NCBI GenBank assembly: GCA_964036045.1
Contig: OZ038379.1
Location: 5,890,001-5,954,000 of the forward strand
Length of the DNA: 64,000 nucleotides
From: Eutreptiella sp. 'Long Island Sound 2002'
Lineage: Eukaryota > Protista > Euglenida
Direction: 5' to 3'
Positions 1-10,506 of the stretch are shown here, in pieces. The first letter of the stretch is position 1. Every line of letters begins with the position of its first letter. Below the pieces are notes generated by a model, which made no database searches, was not told the origin of the DNA, and saw only the letters and a program-made list of their open reading frames with translations. The translations under genes and the position numbers were made by a program.

Positions 1-3000
1 GCTGAGTCATAGTGGAAGCTTCAAGGGGTCTGTGTATGGCGCGTGGAAAGGCGTGGACAGACCAGGGACATGTGTGTCCTGTCGACACAGATGGATTTCT
101 TGGTGGACTTGGACTCAGTGGAGTGGGTGGAGGGAGGGGGGGATATGGGAATCCAAGCATGCTACGCCCCCGCACCCCTTCCTCGCCCCATGACATTGGC
201 TTTGGCATTGGCTGATTGGCTTTGAACCCGGCGTGAGGGGTTGCGGGCAGCGTTGAAAACCTGGTGTGTGACCATGACATGGATTTCTAAGTTGTCGAGT
301 CGGACACGGAAAGGTGCCCTCCCCCTTCACACACCGTATGCGAGCTGACCCCTGCTGGTGTCCCTCCTCTTCATGTGGGGTTTTTCGTCGTGCCTATGGC
401 GACCCAAAAAGGGCTGGGGCTGGGGTCAATCCCTTCTTTGGCTTTGCAACGAACCCCCAGGAGCACCAGCGTCCTGGACTTTAATGGTCTAGTGCCCTTT
501 TTAACATTGGTCTCCCCTTCCCGTACCCCCCCCCCCCCCCGCCCACCCCACCTTTGTGGCCAATGCGCTGTACATACCCGAATCACACCAATACTGTTGC
601 AGTGGAAATGATGATTGTGCCCCACCTTTGTGGCCCACCGTGCCCCACCACGACTCACTGGAGGTGTGCACAGGTATGCAGCGGTGTGCAGAGGTGTGTA
701 GGGTGTGCAGGGCTGTGCAGAGGCGTGTAGAGGTGTGCAGAGGTGAGCCTAAAAACACAACAACATGCCCACCCATCTGGATTACGATCATTGTTATTGT
801 TGATTAATTCCACCATGTTCACTACAAACTTTCACCAAACTTCGTCCCTGCTTATGTCCATGGACGGGCGACGATCATAGTTGTCCGCTTTACGGTCAAG
901 CCTTTCTGTTGCCGTCATTTGGACTGCACTTGTACAAAGCTGCAGCTAGCACCCGGTACAGTTTTGTGTTATGGGAGCTTCAAAGGTGCATGAACTGCCT
1001 CGCATTGGCCACCAAGAACGAATAATCGCGGATTCTCCCTCACTTCCTCCTTGCAGCATCAACTCCCTCCTCAACAGGGTCAAGCAAGCCAAATCCCTAA
1101 GAACGGCTAGCTTGTCAAGGAAGGGGACAGCAAAACCCATTCCACATATCCCATAGTTGAGCCACCAGGGCACGTGCTGGTGGGTTATCACTCAGGGCGG
1201 CATGCTGTTTTCATTGTGATGTTCCCGGATAAAATGGCTGACCACTTACCAAGGTGCTACCTGTGATGTCAATGGACAAACCGCCATCGTTAGTGAGGTG
1301 CTTGTGTGGTTGCAAACTTTGGGCTTTAGGAAGCCTTGATTTTGATTCAAGCAGCCGCTTGAGACCGGTCTTGTCCGTTGGATTCCTTCCGCCTTGTTGC
1401 ACCCATTTCACGTAACTTAAGCGCAATTGAAATCATGCCATCACAACCGGTATTCTTAATGCACTGCAGGAGGTGTCCTTGGTTGTCATTCATGGTTCAA
1501 ACACCGAAAAAAAAATAGATACTCAGAAAGTGCGTGTGAGGCGGGGGGGGGGGGCGTGGATTGGGGCAACCTCCATGCGATCATTTATTGCAGCAACGCC
1601 ATCGGCCACAATGGCCAGCTTGTAATTGGCCAGCTCGCGAATGGCCAGTCAAACGTGATTTGGATTTCATTAGGCAGTGCTTGTGGAAGAGAAGTCACCC
1701 GCAAGGTCCGCAGTGAATGGGCACCACTACTTTGATGGCCCTTTTGCATTTGGTATTGTGCGGTGGGACTCTAGAGTGGTACCGTGAAAGGGGATGTAGT
1801 GGAGGTTTATGAAGCCAAGGCTTGATAGAAACTTGTTGTGACATGCAAATAAAAAAAGGGTCCGTACCCCCTCTAGGCTTCCACAACAGAGGATGCAATG
1901 CGCCATTGCAACGAGGGGTGATGCATCTGTGCATGGCACTATGGGAATGCCGCGCACACGGTGCGCATGCACTGCAAAAGTTTTGTATGTGGGCAACTAC
2001 TTGAACCCTAGTCTTGGCCCCTTTTCACAAGTTTGTTGTTCCATAACAGGTTTTTTTACGCTTCTTGTGCATTGAGGATGTGGCATATTTGAATTGCCGC
2101 CCATTTTCACCCATTTTCAACCATTTTAGCCCATTTTCACCTGGTTTTGCAGCACATTCATTGTTGAGGTGATGATGGGAATTCACTGGACGTCGTGTAC
2201 ATTCACAATGCAACAAATCGGCAGGTGGGTTGTTACACACTCCTTAGCGGATTCCAACCTTCGTGGCCATTGTCTTGCTATCTCTAGGAAACAATGTCCT
2301 TTGTGGATTCTGGGACCCTCGCCGACCCCCGAATATGACGATGTGGATTTCACTGTGCCTGCGAGGTGGGGAAGGGAAGCACAAACATTAAACCCTGCAT
2401 CCGCACTCTCAGATCATCGCAAATCAGTACCAAGGCTTATTAGTAATAACCCACATAGTGCTGCATATTCCTACAAGTTGGGTCCCAATCGGGTCAAGGC
2501 AGAATGTCTATGTGCCCAAAAGGCTGCCACCATCTCCCAACACACCCACACACCAACAGATTGCACTTGGCCACAGCCACCAACCACCAAGGATATGAAG
2601 ACCCTTGTGATGCCTGCATAAATGCACGGTGGTTTCCTCCCTTTCTCCTGCACGCAGTGCAACAACTTGGCCTGTGCCTCAGTCTGGGGCCTGCCAACCA
2701 TCCCACCAGGCGTGTACCAAACAATTGTGCAACGGTCGGACAACGACCGTGCAGTATGTGTGTGGGCCACAATGTACACATGCTGATGTGGAATCAATGT
2801 TCGACTCTTCAGGCATGCTTTTAAGATACGCTGTGCTGTGCTAGGGCAGGGCCTACTTCCTGCCTTGACGATTAAATGGATGTGACCAATGCTCGCAAAG
2901 TGGTGTTGGTACGGTGCATTGGGAGGTGAACACAGGTTGTACTTGGGATCCCTTTGCATGCAGTGCAATGTTTTGTACTACCGGAACTACTGGGACCGTA

Positions 3001-3847
3001 TTTCAAGCCTCACACAGTGTGGTGAATTGTGGGCAGATGAGGTGCATCATGTATTGGTGCTTTTGTTTTTGCTCGAAGGAGTCATGGGTATACAAAACGG
3101 GTTCCAGCAACAAAGGTACATGTTGTGTGCATTGGCATGTCAACGAAAGCGTCCAAATCCGTCCCTTTCTGACGGCAGGCGAATCTCCATCGTGTTCGGC
3201 AATGCATCAAGTGGGCCTCCAATGCTGCATGGCCAAACACGGCCAAAAATCGGTCCTGCACGCAAAACGCAAGCCTTTTCAAGTGTTTACTTGTCCAAGT
3301 GGTCCATGATCACCGTTCAAATAGTTGCAATTTTTGTTACCATTTTGACCTAAATCTGCTTGTGCAACCTCCCCCCCATATCGCCGGCCAATTTTGCCCA
3401 GATTGAGGCCTTCCAAGGCACGGCGGGGCTGGGGAACCTATCCCACCAGAAGATGTTCTTCCACCCCAGTCCTGGGATGGGCTTCATTCATTTCATTGGC
3501 CGCAGTTGGACAACGTCATTCACCTTCCCCACAGGATGGTTGTATCTGTGAAATAAGGGAAGTTTTAGGTAAACAGCTGAAGTGGTCTCCTACCTTTGTA
3601 CCATTGATGCTTTTTTTGTTGCCTTGTGCACTAGCCATGTTGCCGTGTGCACTGCACACATTGCAAGCTGTGCACTGCACCCTAAACGCTGCACATTACG
3701 CACACTGCACTTGCACTCACGTTGTGCATGTTGCACCGTACACTCTACACACAGGACACTGTGCACCTCTACACAGTGCGTTGTGCATATCCAGCACATC
3801 TTGGGGGAGAGATTGGCCTGATTGGGTCCTATGGTCCAGCAGTGCAC

Positions 3848-3856
3848 TGCTGCTAC

Positions 3857-3890
<34 letters not shown>

Positions 3891-3895
3891 TGCTG
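3848..3895 (+). repeat. (CTG)n microsatellite
   Basis: Direct run of ctg/gct triplets. Confidence 0.9.
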
Positions 3896-3934
3896 CCGAT
3901 AAGCCGTGTTCAACGCACACCCTAAAACAGGGAT

Positions 3935-6187
3935 ATGAACCTTACTGCTTACACCAGATCAGTGACCCGAGCCCCAACCAGCCCTAATTTTCTTTCTGTT
4001 GTACAGACTGCCTTGCACAGCGTTGTCTTTTCATTTTCATTGCTTCATGGAATTATGTTGACTGCCAACAGCAATGAGAACTCCACGGAAGTGACCTGGG
4101 GTGCCACCAAGCTGCTCTCGTTTTGGAAGGACTTCCGGTTTTCATGTCCGTCGAAGGAGAGGGCTTTCCAGATGAGCCGGGCAAATGCGGCCAAGACCGT
4201 GTTTGTCTTCATCTGCCTGGCAGTCGCGGAGGGCTGGCAGTTTAGATTTGTTTCTAGCTCATGGTACTCATGGGTCGCTCTTTTGTCCGCGATTCCCATG
4301 TGTATTCTCCTCGTGGCGTCGCTGGTCCTGATCCGATGGTGGAATGCAGTCTCGCCCTATGCCTCACATATAATTTGCACGGTTATCATTGTGGGGGCTG
4401 TGGGCAAAATTGCGCAGTTGGTCATAGCATCGAATGATTTGCAGGCCAACGTTCGCCAAATTGCCGAGGGCATGAGCTCAGATTCGTTGGATACGACCAT
4501 AGCAGCGGTTGAACGTCACACAGCGGCAGCCATCTCTATGGTAGGCGGTCCGATCATGTCTGTTGTGGTGCAATGTTTGATGCTGCATGGCTTTCTGTAT
4601 ACGCGATGGATCCTGCTGACCAATTGTGTGCCCCCTGTGGGGGGCATTGTAGCAAGCTTCTTGGTTCCAAAGCTTTCTCCCGCTGTGTTTCCCCTTTTTG
4701 TCCCTTTGATCATGTTGTGGATCAACGTTTTGCACAGCGTTGCACAGCGAAAGCAGTTCTTGGCAGAGAGCAGACAAAGAGAGACACAAGCGTTACAAGC
4801 CGAACTGAGGCATGCACAAGCAGATGTTGAATCCGACAGCATCCTCAACCACCACCTCAAGAACATCGTGGCGGAGGTGAAAGGTTGCATTGAAACGTTC
4901 CTGGAGGATGGCACCGCAGATGAGCTCTTGCAGCGGGCCTTAGAGCGGCTGCAGAGTGGAATTAAATGGTGCAAGAATAGGCTTGTTCTGATCCGAGTGG
5001 TTTCCACTGAGTACGTCCCGCAGCTGACATCGGTGAACCTTGCAACATTTGTTGAAGGTCTGATCTCCGGCCGGCAAATGCCGCATGTCACATTCCCTGA
5101 CCAGTCCGTATGGATGGACGAGAGCCTGTGTGCATTTATGTTGGAAAATGTGATTGTCAACGCGCTTCGACATGGACATCCTGAAGGGCCTGCCGTTTCC
5201 CTGCACATTGATCTGCAGCCCAAGCCCAGCACTGCCGAACATACAATTACGTTCCGGGTGACGAATCGTGCAGATCCAGCCAAGCCTCGGATTACACCCG
5301 AGTTTTGGCGGCAAGCCTCCGAAGGCAACCATCAGGAGCTGAGGCCTGGTGGGCTATCTGATGGCCTTGGACTGAGCCACATATTCATGATTGCTGAAAG
5401 GCTTGGTACCGTAGCCTCACTAACTCAAGCAGAGGGTGACGACACAGTGGTTTTTGCGGCCTCTATGCCTGTCCGAGTCAGCGATGACCGTCGCATAAGC
5501 GTTTCAAGCACTGTTGTGCCAGAGCAGCCCGTGCCGTCCGCGATACAGCAACGGCCCTGGAACCTTCGCTTCTGCTGTGCCGATGACAGCCCACTTGCTC
5601 GGAGGCTATTGGACGTCAACCTCAAGCGTTATTTTCAGGGAAGTTGTGTGGAAATGTTCGGGGCAACCAAAGACGACTTGGAGGGCTTTGCGGAGGCCGC
5701 CATGGCACTGGCTGATGTCGTCATCCTGGATCAAAACATGGAGTACGGGCCAACAACGGTACGCGGCACGAACCTCTTGAAGCAGCTGACCGCCCTTGGC
5801 TTCGGGGGGCTTTGCTGCATCAGATCCGCCAACACTTCGGCTGACGACAGGGCGTTGTACACATCGTGCGGCGCGCACCTCACATTGGACAAGGGCCTCA
5901 GCTTCAGGGATATGGCATTGTGCCTTCAAAATGCATATGTCGAGCATGTGGCTTTTTCCGCTCCAACTACTATGTCTGCTGGCAGCAGCAGTTGCAGCGT
6001 CCGCAGCGATCGCCCCAGCAGCGCTAGCCCCTCTGGCGTGCTGAACAACGTAGGGACACCGAGGCAGGTGTGGGGACAGGGATGCAGCCGTGGCATCGCT
6101 GATGCGGTGACACCGAGGCAAGTGTGTGTGCAGGGTGGTAGGCCCGCGGACAGCGAGGCGGGTGTGTCAGCCGGCAGCTGTGGTTGA
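3935..6187 (+). CDS. Membrane-bound hybrid sensor histidine kinase / response regulator; likely true start ATG at 4055
   Basis: 750-codon open frame with about 6-7 hydrophobic segments, an H-box (SDSILNHHLKN), N-box (ENVIVNALRHG), G2 box (SDGLGLSH) and a receiver domain (ADDSPLARRLL, VILDQNM phospho-Asp, IRSAN, LDKG). Confidence 0.85.
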   Translation: MNLTAYTRSVTRAPTSPNFLSVVQTALHSVVFSFSLLHGIMLTANSNENSTEVTWGATKLLSFWKDFRFSCPSKERAFQMSRANAAKTVFVFICLAVAEGWQFRFVSSSWYSWVALLSAIPMCILLVASLVLIRWWNAVSPYASHIICTVIIVGAVGKIAQLVIASNDLQANVRQIAEGMSSDSLDTTIAAVERHTAAAISMVGGPIMSVVVQCLMLHGFLYTRWILLTNCVPPVGGIVASFLVPKLSPAVFPLFVPLIMLWINVLHSVAQRKQFLAESRQRETQALQAELRHAQADVESDSILNHHLKNIVAEVKGCIETFLEDGTADELLQRALERLQSGIKWCKNRLVLIRVVSTEYVPQLTSVNLATFVEGLISGRQMPHVTFPDQSVWMDESLCAFMLENVIVNALRHGHPEGPAVSLHIDLQPKPSTAEHTITFRVTNRADPAKPRITPEFWRQASEGNHQELRPGGLSDGLGLSHIFMIAERLGTVASLTQAEGDDTVVFAASMPVRVSDDRRISVSSTVVPEQPVPSAIQQRPWNLRFCCADDSPLARRLLDVNLKRYFQGSCVEMFGATKDDLEGFAEAAMALADVVILDQNMEYGPTTVRGTNLLKQLTALGFGGLCCIRSANTSADDRALYTSCGAHLTLDKGLSFRDMALCLQNAYVEHVAFSAPTTMSAGSSSCSVRSDRPSSASPSGVLNNVGTPRQVWGQGCSRGIADAVTPRQVCVQGGRPADSEAGVSAGSCG
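3984..4006 (+). promoter_or_regulatory. Candidate 3' splice / trans-splice acceptor upstream of the kinase ATG
   Basis: CTAAT branch-point-like motif at 3984, pyrimidine tract and TACAG ending at 4006, 48 nt before the in-frame ATG at 4055. Confidence 0.5.
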
Positions 6188-6212
6188 TCATCATCTCTCC
6201 ACGCAGTTCGTA

Positions 6213-6490
6213 GCCCCCCCCCGCCCCCCCTTGCAATCCCCTCCCCCCCTGGGGGGGAACGGTCACTTGGCCTAGAAACCTAGGAAATACTAGGTGCCAA
6301 AGTTGCCAAAAAAAATTTTACAAGGCGCCAAAGGCGCCGAAGCCGATTTACACTGTGATACTATGGTACAGATTTGTGGTGCAATTCCCCCCGTATGGGG
6401 GGGAAACGTCACATCATGACTGTTCCCCCCTCCCCTGGGGGGGAACCGGCCTGACAAAAGGGGGGAGATTGCAAGGGGGGCGGGGGGTAG
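6213..6490. mobile_element. Small palindromic MITE-like element
   Basis: Imperfect inverted arms: cccgccccccccttgcaatc (~6219) vs gattgcaaggggggcgggg (~6468), and gggggggaacggtca (~6251) vs tgactgttccccc (~6418); gtag lies at both edges. Confidence 0.4.
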
Positions 6491-6563
6491 GCACTGGTAG
6501 GTACAGAACCTTCAAACATTGCCGTTGGCCGCCAGCCCAGAGCAAGGCAGCACTGCCTGGGGC

Positions 6564-6665
6564 CAAGCATGTGCAGCCGCAGCATGCCGCAGCACCCGTT
6601 TTTTGGAGCTGCACATGGGGGTTTTGACGCATGCCGCAGCATGCTGCGGCATGCCGCAGCACCCG
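6564..6665. repeat. GCATGCCGCA-type subterminal repeats at the hAT left end
   Basis: Several gcatgccgcagc / gcatgctgcggc units; the same motif cluster recurs at 38656-38730. Confidence 0.6.
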
Positions 6666-6809
6666 TTTTTTTTGAGTTCATGTGTCTGTCTGCCTTGTCT
6701 GCTTGCTCCTGCTCTGTTTGCACGGGAGACATTCTGCCTGCCCCATGTCTCCCCAGTTTAATTTTATTTGTCTTGTCATGAGTCAGTCATCTGCACCAAC
6801 AACATGCAG

Positions 6810-8000
6810 TCAACAGTCAACACCAAGCTTAAATTTCCTGATGAGGTGAACCATGTCACGGTCAGTGATTGCTTGGATGAGGTTTGCCGTAGTTTTCACA
6901 TCGACCCTGCTGATGTGCGTTAGTTTGTACATGACTCACCGCCCTATATGTCTGCAGCAGCTGAGTGCTTCATCAAAGACAAGGGGTATATCAATTGTGT
7001 TCACCTCCCCTGCTGGCCGCACTTGTTTGCAAAGGTGCCTGAGGCTGTCTTTGACGCCAGTGTACTGAATTCCACAGGCTTGTCCAATTGTTGTTTGCAC
7101 GGTCACCATTTTGGCGCACCAAATGGTATCGTTATCAGAAGGCAGCTTTTAAAAAATGGAAGGACGTTCATGAGCAGTTGTCTGATGAACTGAAGCAACG
7201 ACACGAAAAAGAGAGGCCAGCCCCTGTTAAGAGTGTTGTGCGCCCAACGGACGCCAGGTGGGCCTCCCAATTTGATGCATATAAATATTGGCGGGGGCGC
7301 ATTTCAGCTTTTAAAAAGTTTCCGAGTGAAGTTCCTAGTGACTGATGCAGTTCGTTAAACAGCACTCAAGGTGCAGATTGCATTCACCTGCGAATCCATG
7401 CAGCCAATATATGACCTAATTCTGAGTTTTCAAAAGCAGACAGGTGGCCCAGCCGATCCTTTGGGTGCACTAAATGACATTAAGAGCGCACAGGCTGAGG
7501 TCATTCGTGGCAAATTTCCCCCTGGCGTACAGAAATTGCTCAGTGCATGTCCAGCTCCACAGGCTGCTGCTCAGAGCAAGGTTTTGCAACAGGCAGCCAC
7601 AGTGATGTCCAGCAAGGTGGATAATCTGCATGCAAAGACTATCAAAGGGCGAGGCAAGACTCAGGCGGCATTTAATTGTTTCAACCCAGAACTGCTGCCG
7701 ACCAAAGAAGTGATGTCTTATTCTGAGTTGTGTAAACACATACCCAATGTGCCACAATCTGAGTGGGTGCGGTATATTGCTCTGCCAGCCCCGAGCCCTC
7801 TGCCGGATTCTACTGCAGCCAGAGTGGCATGGTGGCATGCCAAAAAAGACGATTTTCCTACATTGAGTAGCATTGCTGTTTTCTTTGTCCGATGACCATG
7901 TTGAGCGAACGTTCAGTTTGGTGGGCCACATCCAGACAAAGGACCGTTTGCATATGGGCCACAACACTTTGCGCCATTTGGCTATGATGTATGTCAACAA
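6810..8000 (+). pseudogene. Degenerate, N-terminally deleted hAT-superfamily transposase
   Basis: FVHDSPPYMSAAA (catalytic-D region, 6924), CxxH motif HLPCWPHL (~7000), and the C-terminal dimerisation domain WWHAKKDDFPTLSSIA...HVERTFSLVGHIQTKDRLHMGHNTLRHLAMMYVN; split by stops and frameshifts. Confidence 0.8.
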
Positions 8001-8095
8001 ACCCACTACAGACGATCCCAGGTTTCCCCAGAAACCCCAGTTTGGCATCACTGCCTCTCTTATCCATAGTGTGCAGTATATTTTTTTTTGCTGCC

Positions 8096-8353
8096 ATGAT
8101 CGTCCTCAAGTTCAGCGGCACGTCGGTCGGGAACCCCACGAGCGTCCAACAGGTGATCACGCTGATCAAGCGCAGCGATGCTGCGGAGATGGCCAAGGCC
8201 AATGGGCGCCATATCGCCGTCATCTTCTCGGCGCTTGCGGGCGTCACCAACCATCTCCTGAAACTGGGGCAGACGGCCGAGGATGGCGGGGACTGGGAGC
8301 AGGAGTTCGCGGCTCTGACCCAGCGCCGCCTCGACGCCATCACGGAGCTGGTG
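8096..8353 (+). pseudogene. Aspartate kinase N-terminal fragment (captured)
   Basis: MIVLKFSGTSVG...VIFSALAGVTNHLL matches the aspartokinase KFGGTSV and SA-x-x-x-x-TN-x-L motifs; only about 86 codons present. Confidence 0.8.
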
Positions 8354-8379
8354 GCAGCACCGCAGCAGCCCCGCGTGTG

Positions 8380-8673
8380 CGCCCACGTCACGGACATGCT
8401 GCACGTCAAGACCGCTGTCAACCCCGTCGACATCAACGTGATGGCCGGTGCACTGGTGGACGCCGGATGGGCCATGCCGCTCCCGTTCTCCTTGGGCTAC
8501 GACTCTTCCGGCGTGGTCGACAACTTCCATGCGGACGATGTTGCGGGCGCGTTCAAGGCTGGCAACGCGGTCTCTGCCGTGAACTAGGAGCAGCACAAGC
8601 ACGACGAAAAGGGGCTGCCCACCGGCGGTGCCTTTGCGCAGTACATCACGATCCCGGTCGCGTCCGTGGTGCA
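8380..8673 (+). pseudogene. MDR-family (quinone oxidoreductase / Zn-ADH-like) N-terminal GroES-fold fragment
   Basis: AVNPVD...PLPFSLGYDSSGVV...FKAGNAV...GGAFAQYITIP; same frame as the aspartokinase piece, with one TAG at 8585. Confidence 0.75.
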
Positions 8674-8719
8674 CACCGACATCGCTGCGCGGGAGAAGCA
8701 GACGACTGCCCTGGCCGCG

Positions 8720-9130
8720 GACACACTTGCGACCAACTTGAAGTACAACGGCTTGGGCAGTAGCAGTGCACGGGCGCTCATGGCGCTGAGGGGTGCCCTA
8801 TCGCTGCGCGCCCTCTCGCCCGACCTCGGCGGGCACGGCGTTGGCAATGACGGCATCCACGCGATCGCGGATCTGCAGGGCGCGGCAGGGCTGTACATGT
8901 TGATCATCATCCTGGTGGAAAACAAGCTGACCGGCATCGCCGTGCGAACCATCGCAGCGCTGTAGGAGAGGCCCGCGCTGCGCAACATGGCCATCTACAC
9001 CCGGGGCAACAACGACAACGAGGCCGCGTGGCACACCCTCGTGGCGCTGACGGAGCCCCCCTCGCTGCACACCCTGATCCTCGATCCCGAGTCCCCGCGC
9101 CTCAACGACCAGGGCCTGTGCGCGTTGCTG
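8720..9130 (+). pseudogene. RNI-like leucine-rich-repeat fragment
   Basis: Repeated units NLKYNGLGSSSARAL, DLGGHGVGNDGIHAI, ILVENKLTGIAVRTI, PSLHTLILD; same frame, TAG at 8963. Confidence 0.6.
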
Positions 9131-9480
9131 TGGGAGGCACTGCTGTGCCACGTCGGCGTGAAAGAGCAGGTGCCGTTGGGGTCGGAGCGACGCCCCGACG
9201 GAGGAGGATTAGACACCGACGGTGCCGCAAGCGCACCAGCCAGGGATCCGATGGGGACTGCACGAGATTCGCCCCGGCCACTCCTGAAACTGCGGCTCCG
9301 TGGGCGACTCAGCAGCGGCCGCTTAACCCCCGGCGCACACAGCTTCGCCGCCTCCGCAGCCTTCGCAAGCGCCCCCACTTCGGCCACCTTTGCCAGCACC
9401 ACTACCGCAAGTCCAGTCGCCCACACCGATGCTGCCCCCGCTGCCCCAACCGGCCCCAACTCCGACCGAGTGCAAGGCGC

Positions 9481-9708
9481 TTTCCAGTGTACGTGCGCGG
9501 CCTGGACACGATGTTCGTGCTGCACCTGCTCCCCCATGAACGCGTCCGGAATGTGAAGAACATGGTTCAGCGCAAACTCAAAGTCCCCTGGAGGCACCAG
9601 CGCCTGCTGCACGGCAACACGCCACTTGCCGACAACCACGCCATCGCCGCCTACGACGTGCAGCGGAACAGCACAATTACCCGCGCGCTCTATCTGCGCG
9701 TTGGAGGC
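9481..9708 (+). pseudogene. Ubiquitin-like domain 1 (76 codons, ends LRVGG)
   Basis: FPVYVRGLD...VRNVKNMVQRKLKVPWRHQRLLHGNTPLADNHAIAAYDVQRNSTITRALYLRVGG is colinear with ubiquitin. Confidence 0.8.
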
Positions 9709-10272
9709 CCCGGCGACGGCACCACAGGGGTCCGTGCCAGCTGCTGCTGGGCACTGGACCTGGAGGCCGGGACACTCTGCCCAGCAGTGCTGTCCCACCG
9801 CGCACAGACCTCGGCACCGGCAGCGCGCTGGACAGCCCGCTGCAACACCAGCGCCCACGATAACATCTGCGACATCCACGAGCTGCAGGCGGCCCTACCG
9901 CAGCCCAGCAAGTGCACCCAGACTGCGGAGTCACTGCAAAGCACGATGCGAGCCCGGATACTCCAGTCGAAGGCCGACGTACGGGCGCGACACCGGGGGA
10001 AACCCCCAACACCGGGAGCGGCCCAACCAACGCCACCGGTGGAGCTGGAGACCGCGCACGCGCCGGCAGCAAATGCCGTGATGCGCACTGTGCTGAAGGG
10101 TCTGGCACTGGGGGCCCCGCGACTGCTGGTGGACGTGGCGGTCATGGGTGACACACCGGCCAACATCGGGCACCACAACCACGACGTCGGCCATGCAGTG
10201 ACCACGACGACGCGCGGCACCGGGACAGGGGCAAACGGCGCGGCCACCCATGGTACAGGCCGCACGCGTACA

Positions 10273-10506
10273 CACCAGTTCTTCGTGCGAGCGGACGCGG
10301 GGCACATCATCACCATCTGTGTCCAAACCTGGGACGCCCTTGTACGCGACATCCAGGTGCACGTCCACAACAAACTGCGCGCCCGGGCCCAGCGGCACAG
10401 GCTGGTGTTGGCGGGCAAGCAGCCGACCCGCGGTGAATGCACCGTGGCTGAATATGGTATCGGGGAGGGGTCAACCCTCGACTTCCTTGGCCGCCTTTGT
10501 GGCCGA
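10273..10506 (+). pseudogene. Ubiquitin-like domain 2, directly fused to Gag
   Basis: HQFFVRADAGHIITI...RLVLAGKQ...TVAEYGIGEGSTLDFLGRLCGR followed immediately by ATG at 10507. Confidence 0.8.

Noticed and set aside
1-3840. Short ORFs in the first 3.8 kb
   Set aside because: Fragmented, repeat-like sequence with no domain I can support.
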